Part shown: positions 1 to 9,548 of the stretch, piece by piece | Position numbering within the stretch: the stretch's first letter is position 1 | Layout of the letters: each line of letters starts with the position of its first letter | NCBI RefSeq assembly: GCF_002310835.1 | Contig: NZ_CP011042.1 | Span: forward strand, 697,258-729,257 | Source of the DNA: Pseudoalteromonas tetraodonis | GTDB lineage: Bacteria; Pseudomonadota; Gammaproteobacteria; Enterobacterales; Alteromonadaceae | Direction of reading: 5' to 3' | DNA length: 32,000 nt | The notes under the pieces: generated by a model | Database searches by the model: none | Told to the model about the DNA's origin: nothing | What the model saw: the letters and a program-made list of their open reading frames with translations, nothing else | Program-made: the position numbers and the translations under genes

Positions 1-1
1 C

Positions 2-97
2 TCAGGGCTTGAACAACCTAAAGGTAAGCGCTTTAAAGACAAACCTAAGTTTTTAAAACAAAATTACCCGCAATTATTTGCAAAATATTGGCAGTAA
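2..97 (+). CDS. 3' end of an upstream CDS cut by the window edge (product unknown)
   Basis: Frame 2 is open from the window edge to TAA at 95-97 (...SGLEQPKGKRFKDKPKFLKQNYPQLFAKYWQ*). No family recognised. About 280 bp of AT-rich non-coding DNA follows. Confidence 0.3.
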   Translation, partial: SGLEQPKGKRFKDKPKFLKQNYPQLFAKYWQ

Positions 98-378
98 GAC
101 GTTAATATTGCATAATTCTTAACAACTTTTTGAAACATAAAACTGCGTGGATATTTAATTTTTCTATGCAGTTTCTTTGTTCTTTTATCATTTATTTTTT
201 GCATCCTTAAAATTCAAATCACGGTTTCAATTAATTATTTAGTTACCTCTTACATTAGTTAACAATTGTACCTGTTTATTTAGTTTTTTGAATGACTCTC
301 CATTATCAAATATGTTACATTTAAACGTTTTTAAATGAATAAACACTGAATAATTATAATATACGACATAGGAATGTT

Positions 379-3300
379 ATGTATAAAACACTTTCATCAG
401 GATTGATAGCATTTTGCTTTTTGAACACGCTAAGTTCCCAAGCTGCTGTTTCACAGCGAATAAACAAATCATCCACCCAAGAAGTTAAGCAACTTTTAAA
501 TCAAAACTCTTCTATTGCTAATACATCTTCTGCAAGTTCTTATTTTGTAGAATTAAAGCAACCTCAATTGAGCCTTTCACAACAAGTTAATGCATCTTCT
601 AAAAAGATGCAGCAATACTTTTCTGGGGTTCCAGTGTGGGGTCAGCAAATTAGAGTTCAGTCTAACTCTGAACATATTAGTGGTTTTTTTGCTAAAAACA
701 TTAACTTCGCATCTTTGAATAAAACAGCGACCGCTACTTTTGATGAGTTAAAAGCGGTTAAATCGTTGCTGACTAAGTCTAAATTAGATGATTCACTAGA
801 GAGTGAAATAATAAATAATAAGCGCTACATTTATATTCATGATGGAAAAGCGTACTATGTTCGCTTAATTGAACTTAAAGTAACTGAGAATGGCATTGAA
901 AAAATGCCAATAGGTTTAATAAGTGAATCGACTTATCAGATTTTTGAACTGTGGGATAATATTCAAAGTGTTGACGGTAAAGGACCTGGTGGTAATCAAA
1001 AGATTGGCCAATATGAATACGGTACAGATAAAGACGCATTTAATGTTACCCAAGTTGGCGATACTTGTTTTTTAGAAAATGACAAAGTAAAAACAGTCAC
1101 TATGGAATCGGGCTCTGAGCCAAGTGAAGCCTTTTCATTCACATGTAATCGTAATACGCATAAGGAAATAAATGGTGCTTTTTCCCCATTAAATGACGCT
1201 CATGCATTTGGAACTGCAGTTTTTGATATGTATCAACAATGGTACAACACTGCACCGCTTACATTTCAATTGTTAATGCGAGTTCACAGTGGTGATAACT
1301 GGGAAAATGCCACTTGGAATGGCCAAGCAATGACCTTTGGTGATGGCGCTGATAGGTTTTATCCGCTGGTTTCTCTTGATATTGTATCTCATGAGGTTAG
1401 CCATGGCTTTACTAGTCAAAACTCCAATCTTATTTACTCTAATCAATCAGGCGGAATTAACGAGTCTTTCTCTGATATGGCAGGTGAAACTGCAGAGTAT
1501 TTTTTACGTGGTGAAACCGACTGGTTATCAGGGGCGGATATTTCAAAAGTAGAGCCAGCTCTTCGTTACTTTGAAACGCCTTCATTAGATGGTGTTTCTA
1601 TTGATAAAGCCAGCGATTTTTATCCGGGCATGGATGTTCACTTTAGTAGTGGTGTTTTTAACCGTGCTTTTTTCCTGCTTTCAAATACTGATGGTTGGGA
1701 TCCTCAAAAAGCGTTTGAAATAATGCTAAAAGCAAATCAAAACTACTGGGTTAGCTCGAGTGGTTTTATCGATGGTGCATGTGGTGCAATCAACTCTGCA
1801 ATTGACCTACGTTATAATGCATCTGATGTAATTTCAGCATTTAATGAAGTAGAAGTTATTTGCGATAATATTAAGTTTGTCGATACTGATTCAGATTTAA
1901 TGGATGATAACTGGGAACTGTTATACGGACTAGACCCTTCAGATGCCGATGATGCTAACTTAGATTTGGACCAAGATGGTCTTTCTAACTTGGAAGAATA
2001 CTTAGCAAATACTCTTCCAAACTCAGTTGATACTGATGCTGATAGTTTATCTGATTACGATGAATTAAACGTCTACATGACGTTGCCTAACAACGTGGAT
2101 TCAGATTCCGATCGTATGCCAGATGGCTGGGAAGTCACTTTTTCATTTAATCCACTCGATGCAGCTGATGCAGAACTTGATTTTGATTCCGATAGCTGGG
2201 CTAACTTAATTGAGTACTATGGCAACAGCGACCCAACTGATCCAAACTCTGAACCTTCTATTTTTCCTGAAACTACTTATAATTTTGATGACGCAGTTGT
2301 CCCTGAATTTTTAGTTTCTTCAACCCCTCAAACGCCTTGGTTTATTACTGATTATGACGGCCACGATGGCTTAGTGTTAACTAACAGTGATATTACTGAT
2401 TCGCAACAAACGAGTGTTGAATTTCAATTTATAAGTGACGAACAACGTTTTGTTAACTTTAACTACTTATTGGAAACTGAAGCAAATTATGACTTCTTTA
2501 AAGTTTATATTAACGACACACTAGTTCTTGATGAGTCAGGCCTAACTGATTGGAAGGTGGCTTCTTTTCCATTACCTACTGGGTTTAATACAGTTAAGTT
2601 TGTATACACTAAAGACGTTATAGTGTCTGAAGGTTTAGATGCTGTATTTATCGATAATTTATACATTGGGCCTAGTTTCCCTGACTCTGATGGTGATGGT
2701 ATGTCAGATATGTGGGAATTATCGTATGGTTTGGATATAAATACTGACGACTCAGCGCTTGATTTAGATAACGATGGTTTATCTAACCTTCTTGAGTTTT
2801 TAAATAACGGTTTACCTAACAACTCAGATACTGATGGCGATTTAATGCCTGATGGGTGGGAGTATAACAACAGTCTAAATCTTACAGATGCCGCTGATGC
2901 GTCACAAGATGCTGACAATGATGGATTTACTAACTTCACAGAGTATCAAGCAAATACAGATCCTCAGTCAGATACTTCTTACCCTGTTGTTTTAAATATC
3001 ACAACGTCATTCGAAGGCGATACACTTCCAACATGGATGACTGAGTCAGTAGACTCAAGTGCGCCGTTTTTTATCACAAACGACTTTGCCACACAGGGCT
3101 CACAAAGTATTCGCTCGGGAGACATCACTGATTCTCAGTTTAGCGGGTTTACCGTCACGGGTTTATTTGAAGAAGGGGTTTTAGCGTTCGATTATAAGAT
3201 TGATTCTGAAGCGTGTTGTGACTTTTTTATCGTGACTATAGATGGTCAAGAAGTTATTGGTAATGCTGAACGTGGAAATTTGGACGCACCTGAACCAACT

Positions 3301-6300
3301 TCATTTTTAGTTAATATTAGTGAAGGGGTGCATAAGATTGAGTTCAAATATACCAAAGACGGATCAGTATCAACTGATGCTGATGCAGTATGGCTTGATA
3401 ATTTTGCTATGCTTCCAGTCGGTGATCAAACCGATACTGATAACGATCAAATGCCAGACTATTGGGAACTACTAAATGGTTTAAATCGTTTTGATGCAAG
3501 TGATGCACTATCTGACAAAGACGCTGACAGCCTTTCAGCCCTTGATGAGTATAACCTAGGAACAAATCCAAATTCATCTGACACAGATTCTGATGAGTTA
3601 AGTGATGGCTATGAAGTTATTAATGGCTTGCTACCACTTGACCCTTCAGATGCGAGTTTAGATTCTGATGCTGATGGTTATACTAATATCCAAGAGTTCT
3701 ATGGGCAAAGCCTTGCTAATGACGCAACATCAACTGTGCAGTCTTTTTCTCAGCTAAATGAAAGCTTTGAAGAAGGGCTTTTGCCAGCTATGTTTACTGA
3801 GCTTGCAGAGCACTCTACTCAATGGCAGCTTAATACCAACTGGTCTACGGATGGTACATCAAGCTTAAGCCTAAATGCTTCTCCAGCAGGTAGTATAAGC
3901 GGCTTTGCAATTGCAGGGTTATTTGAGGCGGGGTTCATTAATTTAGATTACTTTTCAAACAGTAACTCGTCATTTCAAATTAGTGTTAACGGTACTCAGT
4001 ACAATATTAAGCATTATCGCTCTCGTTTGTTAATTCCTGTAAATGATGGTTTTAATATTGTGAAGGTAAAATACGAAAGCCCTTACTTAGCAGATATGCC
4101 TTTTTCAGTTGATAATATCTCATGGACTGCTGAGCTGGATGTAGTTAGTGACTTTGATGGCGACGGTATTCCAGACTATTGGGAAGCACAGAATGGACTA
4201 AATGCACTTGACTCTTATGATGCATCAAATGATCCAGACTACGACGGTTTATCTAACTTAAACGAGTATCAGATGTCGAGTAATCCGCTTTCTACAGATA
4301 CAGATGGCGACGGTGTGCAAGATAGTGAAGATAGCCACCCAACTGATTCTAGTTTGGGTGAAAATATAGCCCCTGTTTTTGTATCAAGTTTAGAGCCTAT
4401 TACTCTTGAAGCAACTTCTCAAAATACTAACCTTACAAATATTTTTGTTCCTGAGGCAACTGATAACGGACATTTAGAACCTTATGTTTATGCTGCTTCT
4501 GGGTCTTACTTGCCCCTTGGTGAACATCAAATTACATGGGTTGCTCGTGATTATGTTGGTAACGAAACTACGGCTATTCAAACGGTAACCTTGGTTGACA
4601 CAACGCCACCTGTTATACAAAACTATTACTCAGTTAATGTTTATGGCAGCTCAATTGATGACATAAAAGCGGCATTATTTAACTCTAATGCTATCTACGA
4701 TAGTGTATCGGATGTGGCCACTATCGATATTGATAGTAACTTTGTGTTCAGAACGGGGGATACTTTAATTCCTGTTTCTGCCGCTGATGGAGCGGGTAAT
4801 ACTTCTACAGGTGAAATAAATGCTCGTGTTTTTCCTAAGGTTAGTATCCAGCCTACTACCTATGTTTACCAAGATGGTAATGCGGTTATTGATGTATTCA
4901 TAAGTGGTAAAAGCCCTTACGGTTCAGTAAGCTTTGATCTGATTGGAAATAATACTAGTAAATATATATCTACAAATCAGCATGGTCTTGTCAAGGTAGT
5001 GCTAGAACGTGAGTTCTTTGAAAATGCGTCGAATATTCGCATTAATACGAGAAGCAGCTCATTTACTGATAGAAATGATACTAGCCAGTTAGTATTTCTA
5101 AATGAAACTGCAAAACCTGAATTCATTACTAATTTATATCAGAATGGAAAAGTAATAAGCAAGATAGTTCAACGCGATTCGTCAGACTTTATTGTTGATG
5201 TTCATGCAGTTAATTTACCTAGTGCAGCAAGTGATAACTCAATAGAGCTCCAGCTATCTTCACAAGGTGATTACTTTGTAAATAAAATTGGTCCCTCAAA
5301 GTGGAATATTACATTTACGCCTCAATTACTTACAGATTCTGACAATCTAGACATTGCATTCACTATAAAACAAAATAGCGAAGCTGTTGCAACGGATCAA
5401 ATTAGTTTACGTGTGATTGACGCAGTTACTTTCAATGATCCTGAGTTAGATACTGATGGTGATGGTATTTCTGATGCTGAAGAAGGTGTGAGTGATGGCG
5501 ATAAAGACGGCATTGTTGATTACTTAGATAGCTCTTCTATTACGCACTCAGCTGTTTTAGATTCAGGCGATATGGTTCGTAGCATCGATGAGTTTAATCA
5601 TTTGTCAGTAGGTGATATTAAACAGGCTACTGTAACGCAAATGATTGCTGATATGTCTATTTCAGAGCAAGACTTAAGTACTTACTTTGATAGCTTAGAC
5701 ATTGCAGAACCTCACTTTCAAGCTAAAAGTGATATTGTAAATATTCACATTACTCTTTCAAACTCATCGGGTACGTCTGAAATTGCGATACCAGAGTACG
5801 TTAACTCTATTTTAAGTTCAGAAATGCAAATTCGTTTGTTATCTAATACAGGCTGGCAGTCGGTTTCAATGCTAACTGGTAACGTCTACGAGCAAATTTG
5901 TTCAGGTTGCTTTACTTTTGCAGTAACAGACGGCAGTGAATTTGACTTAGACGGTCAAGTTAATGGTGAGATTGAATTAGTTGCTAAGTTAGCTGAAGAA
6001 AGCTTAAACCAAGCGCCAGTTTTAGATGTAACAATTCCAGCAACAATTGAAGAGCTTACAACTATTGAGCTTGATGCGTCAGGAACAACAGACCCTGATG
6101 GTGACCTACTAAGTTTTGAGTGGAGTATTGATCATCCTCAATTATCACTGACGCCTTCAGAGACAGACAGTAAAGCGACACTGACTGTAGGTGAAATAGA
6201 GCAAACGTTCACTACAGATATCACTTTATTAATCTCAGATGGTTACGAGCAATTTACAGAGATATATACAGTGACCTTTATGCACGTTAATCAATTACCA

Positions 6301-6690
6301 GCAGTTGAGTTGAGCTCATCTTCTTTATCGGTTGATGAGGGTAAAGAAGTTAGCGTTACAGCAACTGCGACAGACAAAGAGTCATCTGAACTTACTTACA
6401 GATGGGTTCAAACACAAGGTATAGAAGTCGCAATTGAAAATGTTAATTCAAGTACATTGTCGTTTATGGCGCCAAATGTATCTGTAACAAGTGAACTTGG
6501 CTTTAAACTTAGTGTTTCTGATGGTGAAGGGGAGACAGAGCAAAGTGTTATCGTTACTATTAATAATGTACCTGAAGCACTTGCAACACCTAAAGAAGGT
6601 GATAAAAGTGGAGGAGGTTCTTTCAGTTTCTTCTTATTACTTTTAGCCGCTTTGTTTGTTTATAGAAGAGTACAGTTGTTACACAAATAA
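379..6690 (+). CDS. Giant secreted M4 (thermolysin/vibriolysin family) zinc metalloprotease with thrombospondin-type-3-like Ca-binding repeats, three ~130-aa beta-sandwich modules, an HYR-like domain, PKD/Ig-like domains and a GlyGly-CTERM tail
   Basis: AGGA lies 6 nt upstream of ATG 379. Signal peptide MYKTLSSGLIAFCFLNTLSSQA/A. HEVSH at nt 1390-1404 and GGINESFSD (Glu codon 1462-1464) form the M4 signature. Many DxDxDGxxNxxE-type repeats. HYR-like segment at about nt 4366-4612. PKD/Ig-like pair at about nt 6007-6570. Confidence 0.9.
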   Translation: MYKTLSSGLIAFCFLNTLSSQAAVSQRINKSSTQEVKQLLNQNSSIANTSSASSYFVELKQPQLSLSQQVNASSKKMQQYFSGVPVWGQQIRVQSNSEHISGFFAKNINFASLNKTATATFDELKAVKSLLTKSKLDDSLESEIINNKRYIYIHDGKAYYVRLIELKVTENGIEKMPIGLISESTYQIFELWDNIQSVDGKGPGGNQKIGQYEYGTDKDAFNVTQVGDTCFLENDKVKTVTMESGSEPSEAFSFTCNRNTHKEINGAFSPLNDAHAFGTAVFDMYQQWYNTAPLTFQLLMRVHSGDNWENATWNGQAMTFGDGADRFYPLVSLDIVSHEVSHGFTSQNSNLIYSNQSGGINESFSDMAGETAEYFLRGETDWLSGADISKVEPALRYFETPSLDGVSIDKASDFYPGMDVHFSSGVFNRAFFLLSNTDGWDPQKAFEIMLKANQNYWVSSSGFIDGACGAINSAIDLRYNASDVISAFNEVEVICDNIKFVDTDSDLMDDNWELLYGLDPSDADDANLDLDQDGLSNLEEYLANTLPNSVDTDADSLSDYDELNVYMTLPNNVDSDSDRMPDGWEVTFSFNPLDAADAELDFDSDSWANLIEYYGNSDPTDPNSEPSIFPETTYNFDDAVVPEFLVSSTPQTPWFITDYDGHDGLVLTNSDITDSQQTSVEFQFISDEQRFVNFNYLLETEANYDFFKVYINDTLVLDESGLTDWKVASFPLPTGFNTVKFVYTKDVIVSEGLDAVFIDNLYIGPSFPDSDGDGMSDMWELSYGLDINTDDSALDLDNDGLSNLLEFLNNGLPNNSDTDGDLMPDGWEYNNSLNLTDAADASQDADNDGFTNFTEYQANTDPQSDTSYPVVLNITTSFEGDTLPTWMTESVDSSAPFFITNDFATQGSQSIRSGDITDSQFSGFTVTGLFEEGVLAFDYKIDSEACCDFFIVTIDGQEVIGNAERGNLDAPEPTSFLVNISEGVHKIEFKYTKDGSVSTDADAVWLDNFAMLPVGDQTDTDNDQMPDYWELLNGLNRFDASDALSDKDADSLSALDEYNLGTNPNSSDTDSDELSDGYEVINGLLPLDPSDASLDSDADGYTNIQEFYGQSLANDATSTVQSFSQLNESFEEGLLPAMFTELAEHSTQWQLNTNWSTDGTSSLSLNASPAGSISGFAIAGLFEAGFINLDYFSNSNSSFQISVNGTQYNIKHYRSRLLIPVNDGFNIVKVKYESPYLADMPFSVDNISWTAELDVVSDFDGDGIPDYWEAQNGLNALDSYDASNDPDYDGLSNLNEYQMSSNPLSTDTDGDGVQDSEDSHPTDSSLGENIAPVFVSSLEPITLEATSQNTNLTNIFVPEATDNGHLEPYVYAASGSYLPLGEHQITWVARDYVGNETTAIQTVTLVDTTPPVIQNYYSVNVYGSSIDDIKAALFNSNAIYDSVSDVATIDIDSNFVFRTGDTLIPVSAADGAGNTSTGEINARVFPKVSIQPTTYVYQDGNAVIDVFISGKSPYGSVSFDLIGNNTSKYISTNQHGLVKVVLEREFFENASNIRINTRSSSFTDRNDTSQLVFLNETAKPEFITNLYQNGKVISKIVQRDSSDFIVDVHAVNLPSAASDNSIELQLSSQGDYFVNKIGPSKWNITFTPQLLTDSDNLDIAFTIKQNSEAVATDQISLRVIDAVTFNDPELDTDGDGISDAEEGVSDGDKDGIVDYLDSSSITHSAVLDSGDMVRSIDEFNHLSVGDIKQATVTQMIADMSISEQDLSTYFDSLDIAEPHFQAKSDIVNIHITLSNSSGTSEIAIPEYVNSILSSEMQIRLLSNTGWQSVSMLTGNVYEQICSGCFTFAVTDGSEFDLDGQVNGEIELVAKLAEESLNQAPVLDVTIPATIEELTTIELDASGTTDPDGDLLSFEWSIDHPQLSLTPSETDSKATLTVGEIEQTFTTDITLLISDGYEQFTEIYTVTFMHVNQLPAVELSSSSLSVDEGKEVSVTATATDKESSELTYRWVQTQGIEVAIENVNSSTLSFMAPNVSVTSELGFKLSVSDGEGETEQSVIVTINNVPEALATPKEGDKSGGGSFSFFLLLLAALFVYRRVQLLHK
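6610..6687 (+). other. GlyGly-CTERM-type sorting signal (predicted rhombosortase substrate tail) of the protease
   Basis: The last 26 aa are GGGSFSFFLLLLAALFVYRRVQLLHK: a Gly run, a hydrophobic helix, then a basic cluster at the extreme C-terminus. Confidence 0.7.
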
Positions 6691-6713
6691 CAACAGTCTG
6701 CTTTATAACTATT

Positions 6714-6747
6714 AAATCCCTTGATTGTTATCAAGGGATTTTTTTTG
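6714..6747 (+). terminator. Rho-independent terminator after the protease gene
   Basis: atcccttga (6716-6724) pairs with tcaagggat (6731-6739), followed by a T run. Confidence 0.75.
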
Positions 6748-6819
6748 CATAAATTTTAAAATAAGTAAGTAGGCTTAATGTGTTAAGCTAATTATATTGT
6801 GACTCGTTAGGTTTTTTTA

Positions 6820-7287
6820 ATGAAGAATTATAAAGTTCTATTGTGTATTGGTTGTTTGTTTTTTGCTAATCAGTCTTTTGCTAAAACGATTTTACCTAGT
6901 AACAAAACTAAGTTTGTTAGCTTGTTTAATAGTAAAGTTGGCGATTATGAATTAATTTCAGGCGATGCTCGCTATTGTGATTCAGGTTCATTAATGTGGC
7001 TCGATAGAAATAATACCGATTTGGGTTTTAGACTTGGTAGTTTAATTTCTTTTATTGATTTACATAATGGAACACAAACTAATAAAGTCCCTGATTTTTG
7101 CCTAGTGACTACTAAGTTTAAATATACGAATATTGGTTTAACAATGGATTTGCGCCAAGACAGGTGTGACAATAATAGCGATACATTAGATGTTAGCCGC
7201 ACGCTAAATTTTGTTTCTGACACACAGTTAGAATATTCGATTAAAAATGCTAATGTTCAATGTAAGTTTGAATTAAAGCGTCTATAA
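6820..7287 (+). CDS. Hypothetical secreted protein (155 aa, Cys-containing)
   Basis: N-terminal signal peptide MKNYKVLLCIGCLFFANQSFA/K. No family recognised. The 3' end overlaps the umuC stop by 6 nt (convergent genes). Confidence 0.5.
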   Translation: MKNYKVLLCIGCLFFANQSFAKTILPSNKTKFVSLFNSKVGDYELISGDARYCDSGSLMWLDRNNTDLGFRLGSLISFIDLHNGTQTNKVPDFCLVTTKFKYTNIGLTMDLRQDRCDNNSDTLDVSRTLNFVSDTQLEYSIKNANVQCKFELKRL

Positions 7288-8544
7288 ATCGCATTTTATT
7301 TTTGGAATATCACGCCAACGAGTCGTGTATTGCGGCGATAAAAAAGCCCTGTTCATATGCCAATGATCATTTAATTGGCTGCTCGCCACGCTAAGCATTC
7401 CTTTACCGTATCTATGATTTATCGCATCTAAGCAGCCCATTAACTGCGGGTTATCGGTTTGCTTATCAAATAAATGATGTTGTTGAAACTGCTGCGGGCT
7501 GAGCTCTAATGCGCCCACACCACATTTATAAAATCGAATTCCCGGTTGATATATTTGCTCAAAACTCTTTGATACCGCATTGGCCATAACGCGAGTATCG
7601 TTAGTGGGCGGATCAAATTGATACATAACTGACTTTTTATAAAAGGCGTGTTCATGTGATGAGCTGGCAGCAAAAATATAAATACGATGAGTGAGCGACT
7701 GTTGTGCTCTTAATTTTTGTGCAACTACACTAGCATGATTTATTAGGGCGGTTTTAACTGCATCGGGGTCGCAAAGTCGCTGACCAAAACTACGAGTTGA
7801 AAAAATAGCTTGTTTATCTTGGCGTACATCATCCCAGTTTAAACAGGTAATGCCGTTGAGCTCGTTAATTGTGCGCTCAAGCACCACACTAAATTGGCGA
7901 CGAATAGTTTTTGGGCTTTGCTCAGCCAGTTGCCACGCGGTATGAATGTCCATGAGAGCCAGCTTTTTAGCTAAACGTTTGCCCACCCCCCAAACATCTT
8001 GGCAGTGCATTCGTTGTAAAATAGTGCGGCGACTTACTTCATCGTCAATCACTGCAACACCATTAAAGCCAGTTAGTTTTTTAGCTGCATGGTTAGCGGC
8101 TTTGGCTAAGGTCGGTGTTGGCCCAAAGCCAACCCCAACAGGGAGTTTGGTTTCGCGCCATACAGTACGCCTAATTAGTTGCCCATATGCTTGCCAATCG
8201 TTAATTAAAGGTTGATAACCATTAAAGTGTAAAAACGATTCATCGATACTGTAAACATGCTGGGTGTCACAAAAGCGGCCAATTACACTCATCATCCGGT
8301 CGCTTAAATTAGCGTATAGTTCATAGTTACTAGAGCGTACAACCACATTGTTTTGTTCTAGTAACTGCTTAACTTTAAAGTAAGGGCCAAATTTAGGAAT
8401 ATTAAGCTTACGCGCAATTGGGCAGACCGCACACACACAACCGTCGTTATTGGTAAGCACCACCACAGGCTTTGAGCGAATAGCCGGATCAAATACTTTT
8501 TCTGCACTGGCATAAAAAGCAACGGCATCGACTAAGGCATACAT
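7282..8544 (-). CDS. umuC: DNA polymerase V catalytic subunit UmuC (Y-family polymerase)
   Basis: N-terminus MYALVDAVAFYASAEKVFDP resembles E. coli UmuC MFALCDVNAFYASCETVFRP. 420 aa. Overlaps the umuD 3' end by 13 nt. Confidence 0.93.
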   Translation of the reverse strand: MYALVDAVAFYASAEKVFDPAIRSKPVVVLTNNDGCVCAVCPIARKLNIPKFGPYFKVKQLLEQNNVVVRSSNYELYANLSDRMMSVIGRFCDTQHVYSIDESFLHFNGYQPLINDWQAYGQLIRRTVWRETKLPVGVGFGPTPTLAKAANHAAKKLTGFNGVAVIDDEVSRRTILQRMHCQDVWGVGKRLAKKLALMDIHTAWQLAEQSPKTIRRQFSVVLERTINELNGITCLNWDDVRQDKQAIFSTRSFGQRLCDPDAVKTALINHASVVAQKLRAQQSLTHRIYIFAASSSHEHAFYKKSVMYQFDPPTNDTRVMANAVSKSFEQIYQPGIRFYKCGVGALELSPQQFQQHHLFDKQTDNPQLMGCLDAINHRYGKGMLSVASSQLNDHWHMNRAFLSPQYTTRWRDIPKIKCDL

Positions 8545-8945
8545 GAAAGTAACTCAGGGCTTTGTCGATGCAGCCTAATAGAGCGAGTTACCACGCCTTC
8601 AAGCTGAAACTCATCTGATTCAGTCAATTGCACCGGCTTATAAGCAGAAGAGGCTGATAGCAAGCGTGCATTGGTCTTATCAAGCAGCTTACATACAAAT
8701 AAACCATTTAAGTTAGCCACAATAACATCGCCATCTTTTGGTATTTCTGCACGGTCAACCAACAGTAAGTCGCCCTCAAAAATACCAATTTCTTGCATAG
8801 AGCACCCAGATGCTATCCCAATAAACGTGGCATCAGGGTGCTTTATTAATAACTCATCAAGTGAAACGCCAAGCTCTGTATATTGTGCTGCAGGTGACTC
8901 AAATCCGCATACACCGGCCTCTATATAAATGGGAATAACAAACAT
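8532..8945 (-). CDS. umuD: UmuD, LexA-like S24 self-cleaving peptidase subunit of Pol V
   Basis: GVC/GFESPAAQY matches the E. coli UmuD cleavage region VQC/GFPSPAADY. Catalytic Ser in ASGCSM and Lys in FVCKLL. AGGT lies 7 nt upstream of ATG 8945. Confidence 0.9.
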   Translation of the reverse strand: MFVIPIYIEAGVCGFESPAAQYTELGVSLDELLIKHPDATFIGIASGCSMQEIGIFEGDLLLVDRAEIPKDGDVIVANLNGLFVCKLLDKTNARLLSASSAYKPVQLTESDEFQLEGVVTRSIRLHRQSPELLSCMP

Positions 8946-8965
8946 AACACAACCTAAAACGCATA

Positions 8966-8985
8966 TACTGTATAAGTGTACAGTA
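8966..8985 (-). promoter_or_regulatory. LexA (SOS) box upstream of umuDC
   Basis: TACTGTATAAGTGTACAGTA fits the CTGT-N8-ACAG consensus and lies 21 nt upstream of the umuD ATG. It is embedded in a larger perfect palindrome (arms 8956-8972 and 8979-8995). Confidence 0.88.
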
Positions 8986-9026
8986 TATGCGTTTTATATA
9001 AGTTATGCCAAGTAATGGATCTGCGA

Positions 9027-9446
9027 TCAATCCATATTTTTGATCATTTGCTGAGCTGTATCTAAGAAGTCATTGATTTGCTGTGGGTTTAAGTTTTTAC
9101 ACATTTGGGCATTTACATGCTGCTCAGCGTTTAATAATTTGTCGTAAAGCGTGCACCCTTGTGCGGTAAACGACAGAATAAAACAACGCTTGTCATGCTC
9201 ACTGGCATTTTTATGAATTAAGTTTAGCGCGAGCAGTTCTTTCACTAACCGTGCTATTTGGGCTTTGTCGCGTTGGGTTTGATTCACAATATCGTTAGCA
9301 GTGCACTGAGGTGTCGCTGCAATAATATGCAGACAACGCACATGCATCGCGTTTAATCCAAGCTCACCTGCATTAATGGCTTCGCGTATGGTAACGCGAT
9401 AATTTTGCATTAAAGCAAATAATGTATTGGCCAATGAAGAGTTCAT
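9027..9446 (-). CDS. MarR-family transcriptional regulator (139 aa with the ATG 9446 start)
   Basis: Winged-helix MarR-like core (..HVRCLHIIAATPQCTANDIVNQTQRDKAQIARLVKELLALNLI..). The track start at 9521 is a TTG only 27 nt from the divergent gene. ATG 9446 gives a typical MarR length and a 102-bp intergenic region containing operator-like palindromes. Confidence 0.8.
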   Translation of the reverse strand: MNSSLANTLFALMQNYRVTIREAINAGELGLNAMHVRCLHIIAATPQCTANDIVNQTQRDKAQIARLVKELLALNLIHKNASEHDKRCFILSFTAQGCTLYDKLLNAEQHVNAQMCKNLNPQQINDFLDTAQQMIKNMD

Positions 9447-9462
9447 AATAAATCCATAATGG

Positions 9463-9504
9463 TTGACAAAGTCAATTAAATTGCTATGGTTGATTTTATC
9501 AACC
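9463..9504. promoter_or_regulatory. Two related palindromes, candidate MarR operators in the divergent promoter region
   Basis: TTGAC-AAA-GTCAA at 9463-9475 and GGTTGAT-TTT-ATCAACC at 9488-9504. Both begin GGTTGA. Confidence 0.45.
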
Positions 9505-9548
9505 AATGGGGCGTTGTGCAATTCATCATTTTAGTGAGGTAAATTTAT

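Noticed and set aside
2505-2939. Antisense and alternative-frame ORFs inside the protease gene (2505-2939 minus, 1337-1552 plus)
   Set aside because: They are fully embedded in a 6.3-kb ORF with clear M4 homology. Their translations are low-complexity Ser/Leu-rich, typical of shadow frames.
7946-8928. ORFs 7946-8215 and 8671-8928 antisense to umuC and umuD
   Set aside because: They are embedded in well-supported umuDC coding sequence, and their translations look like shadow frames.
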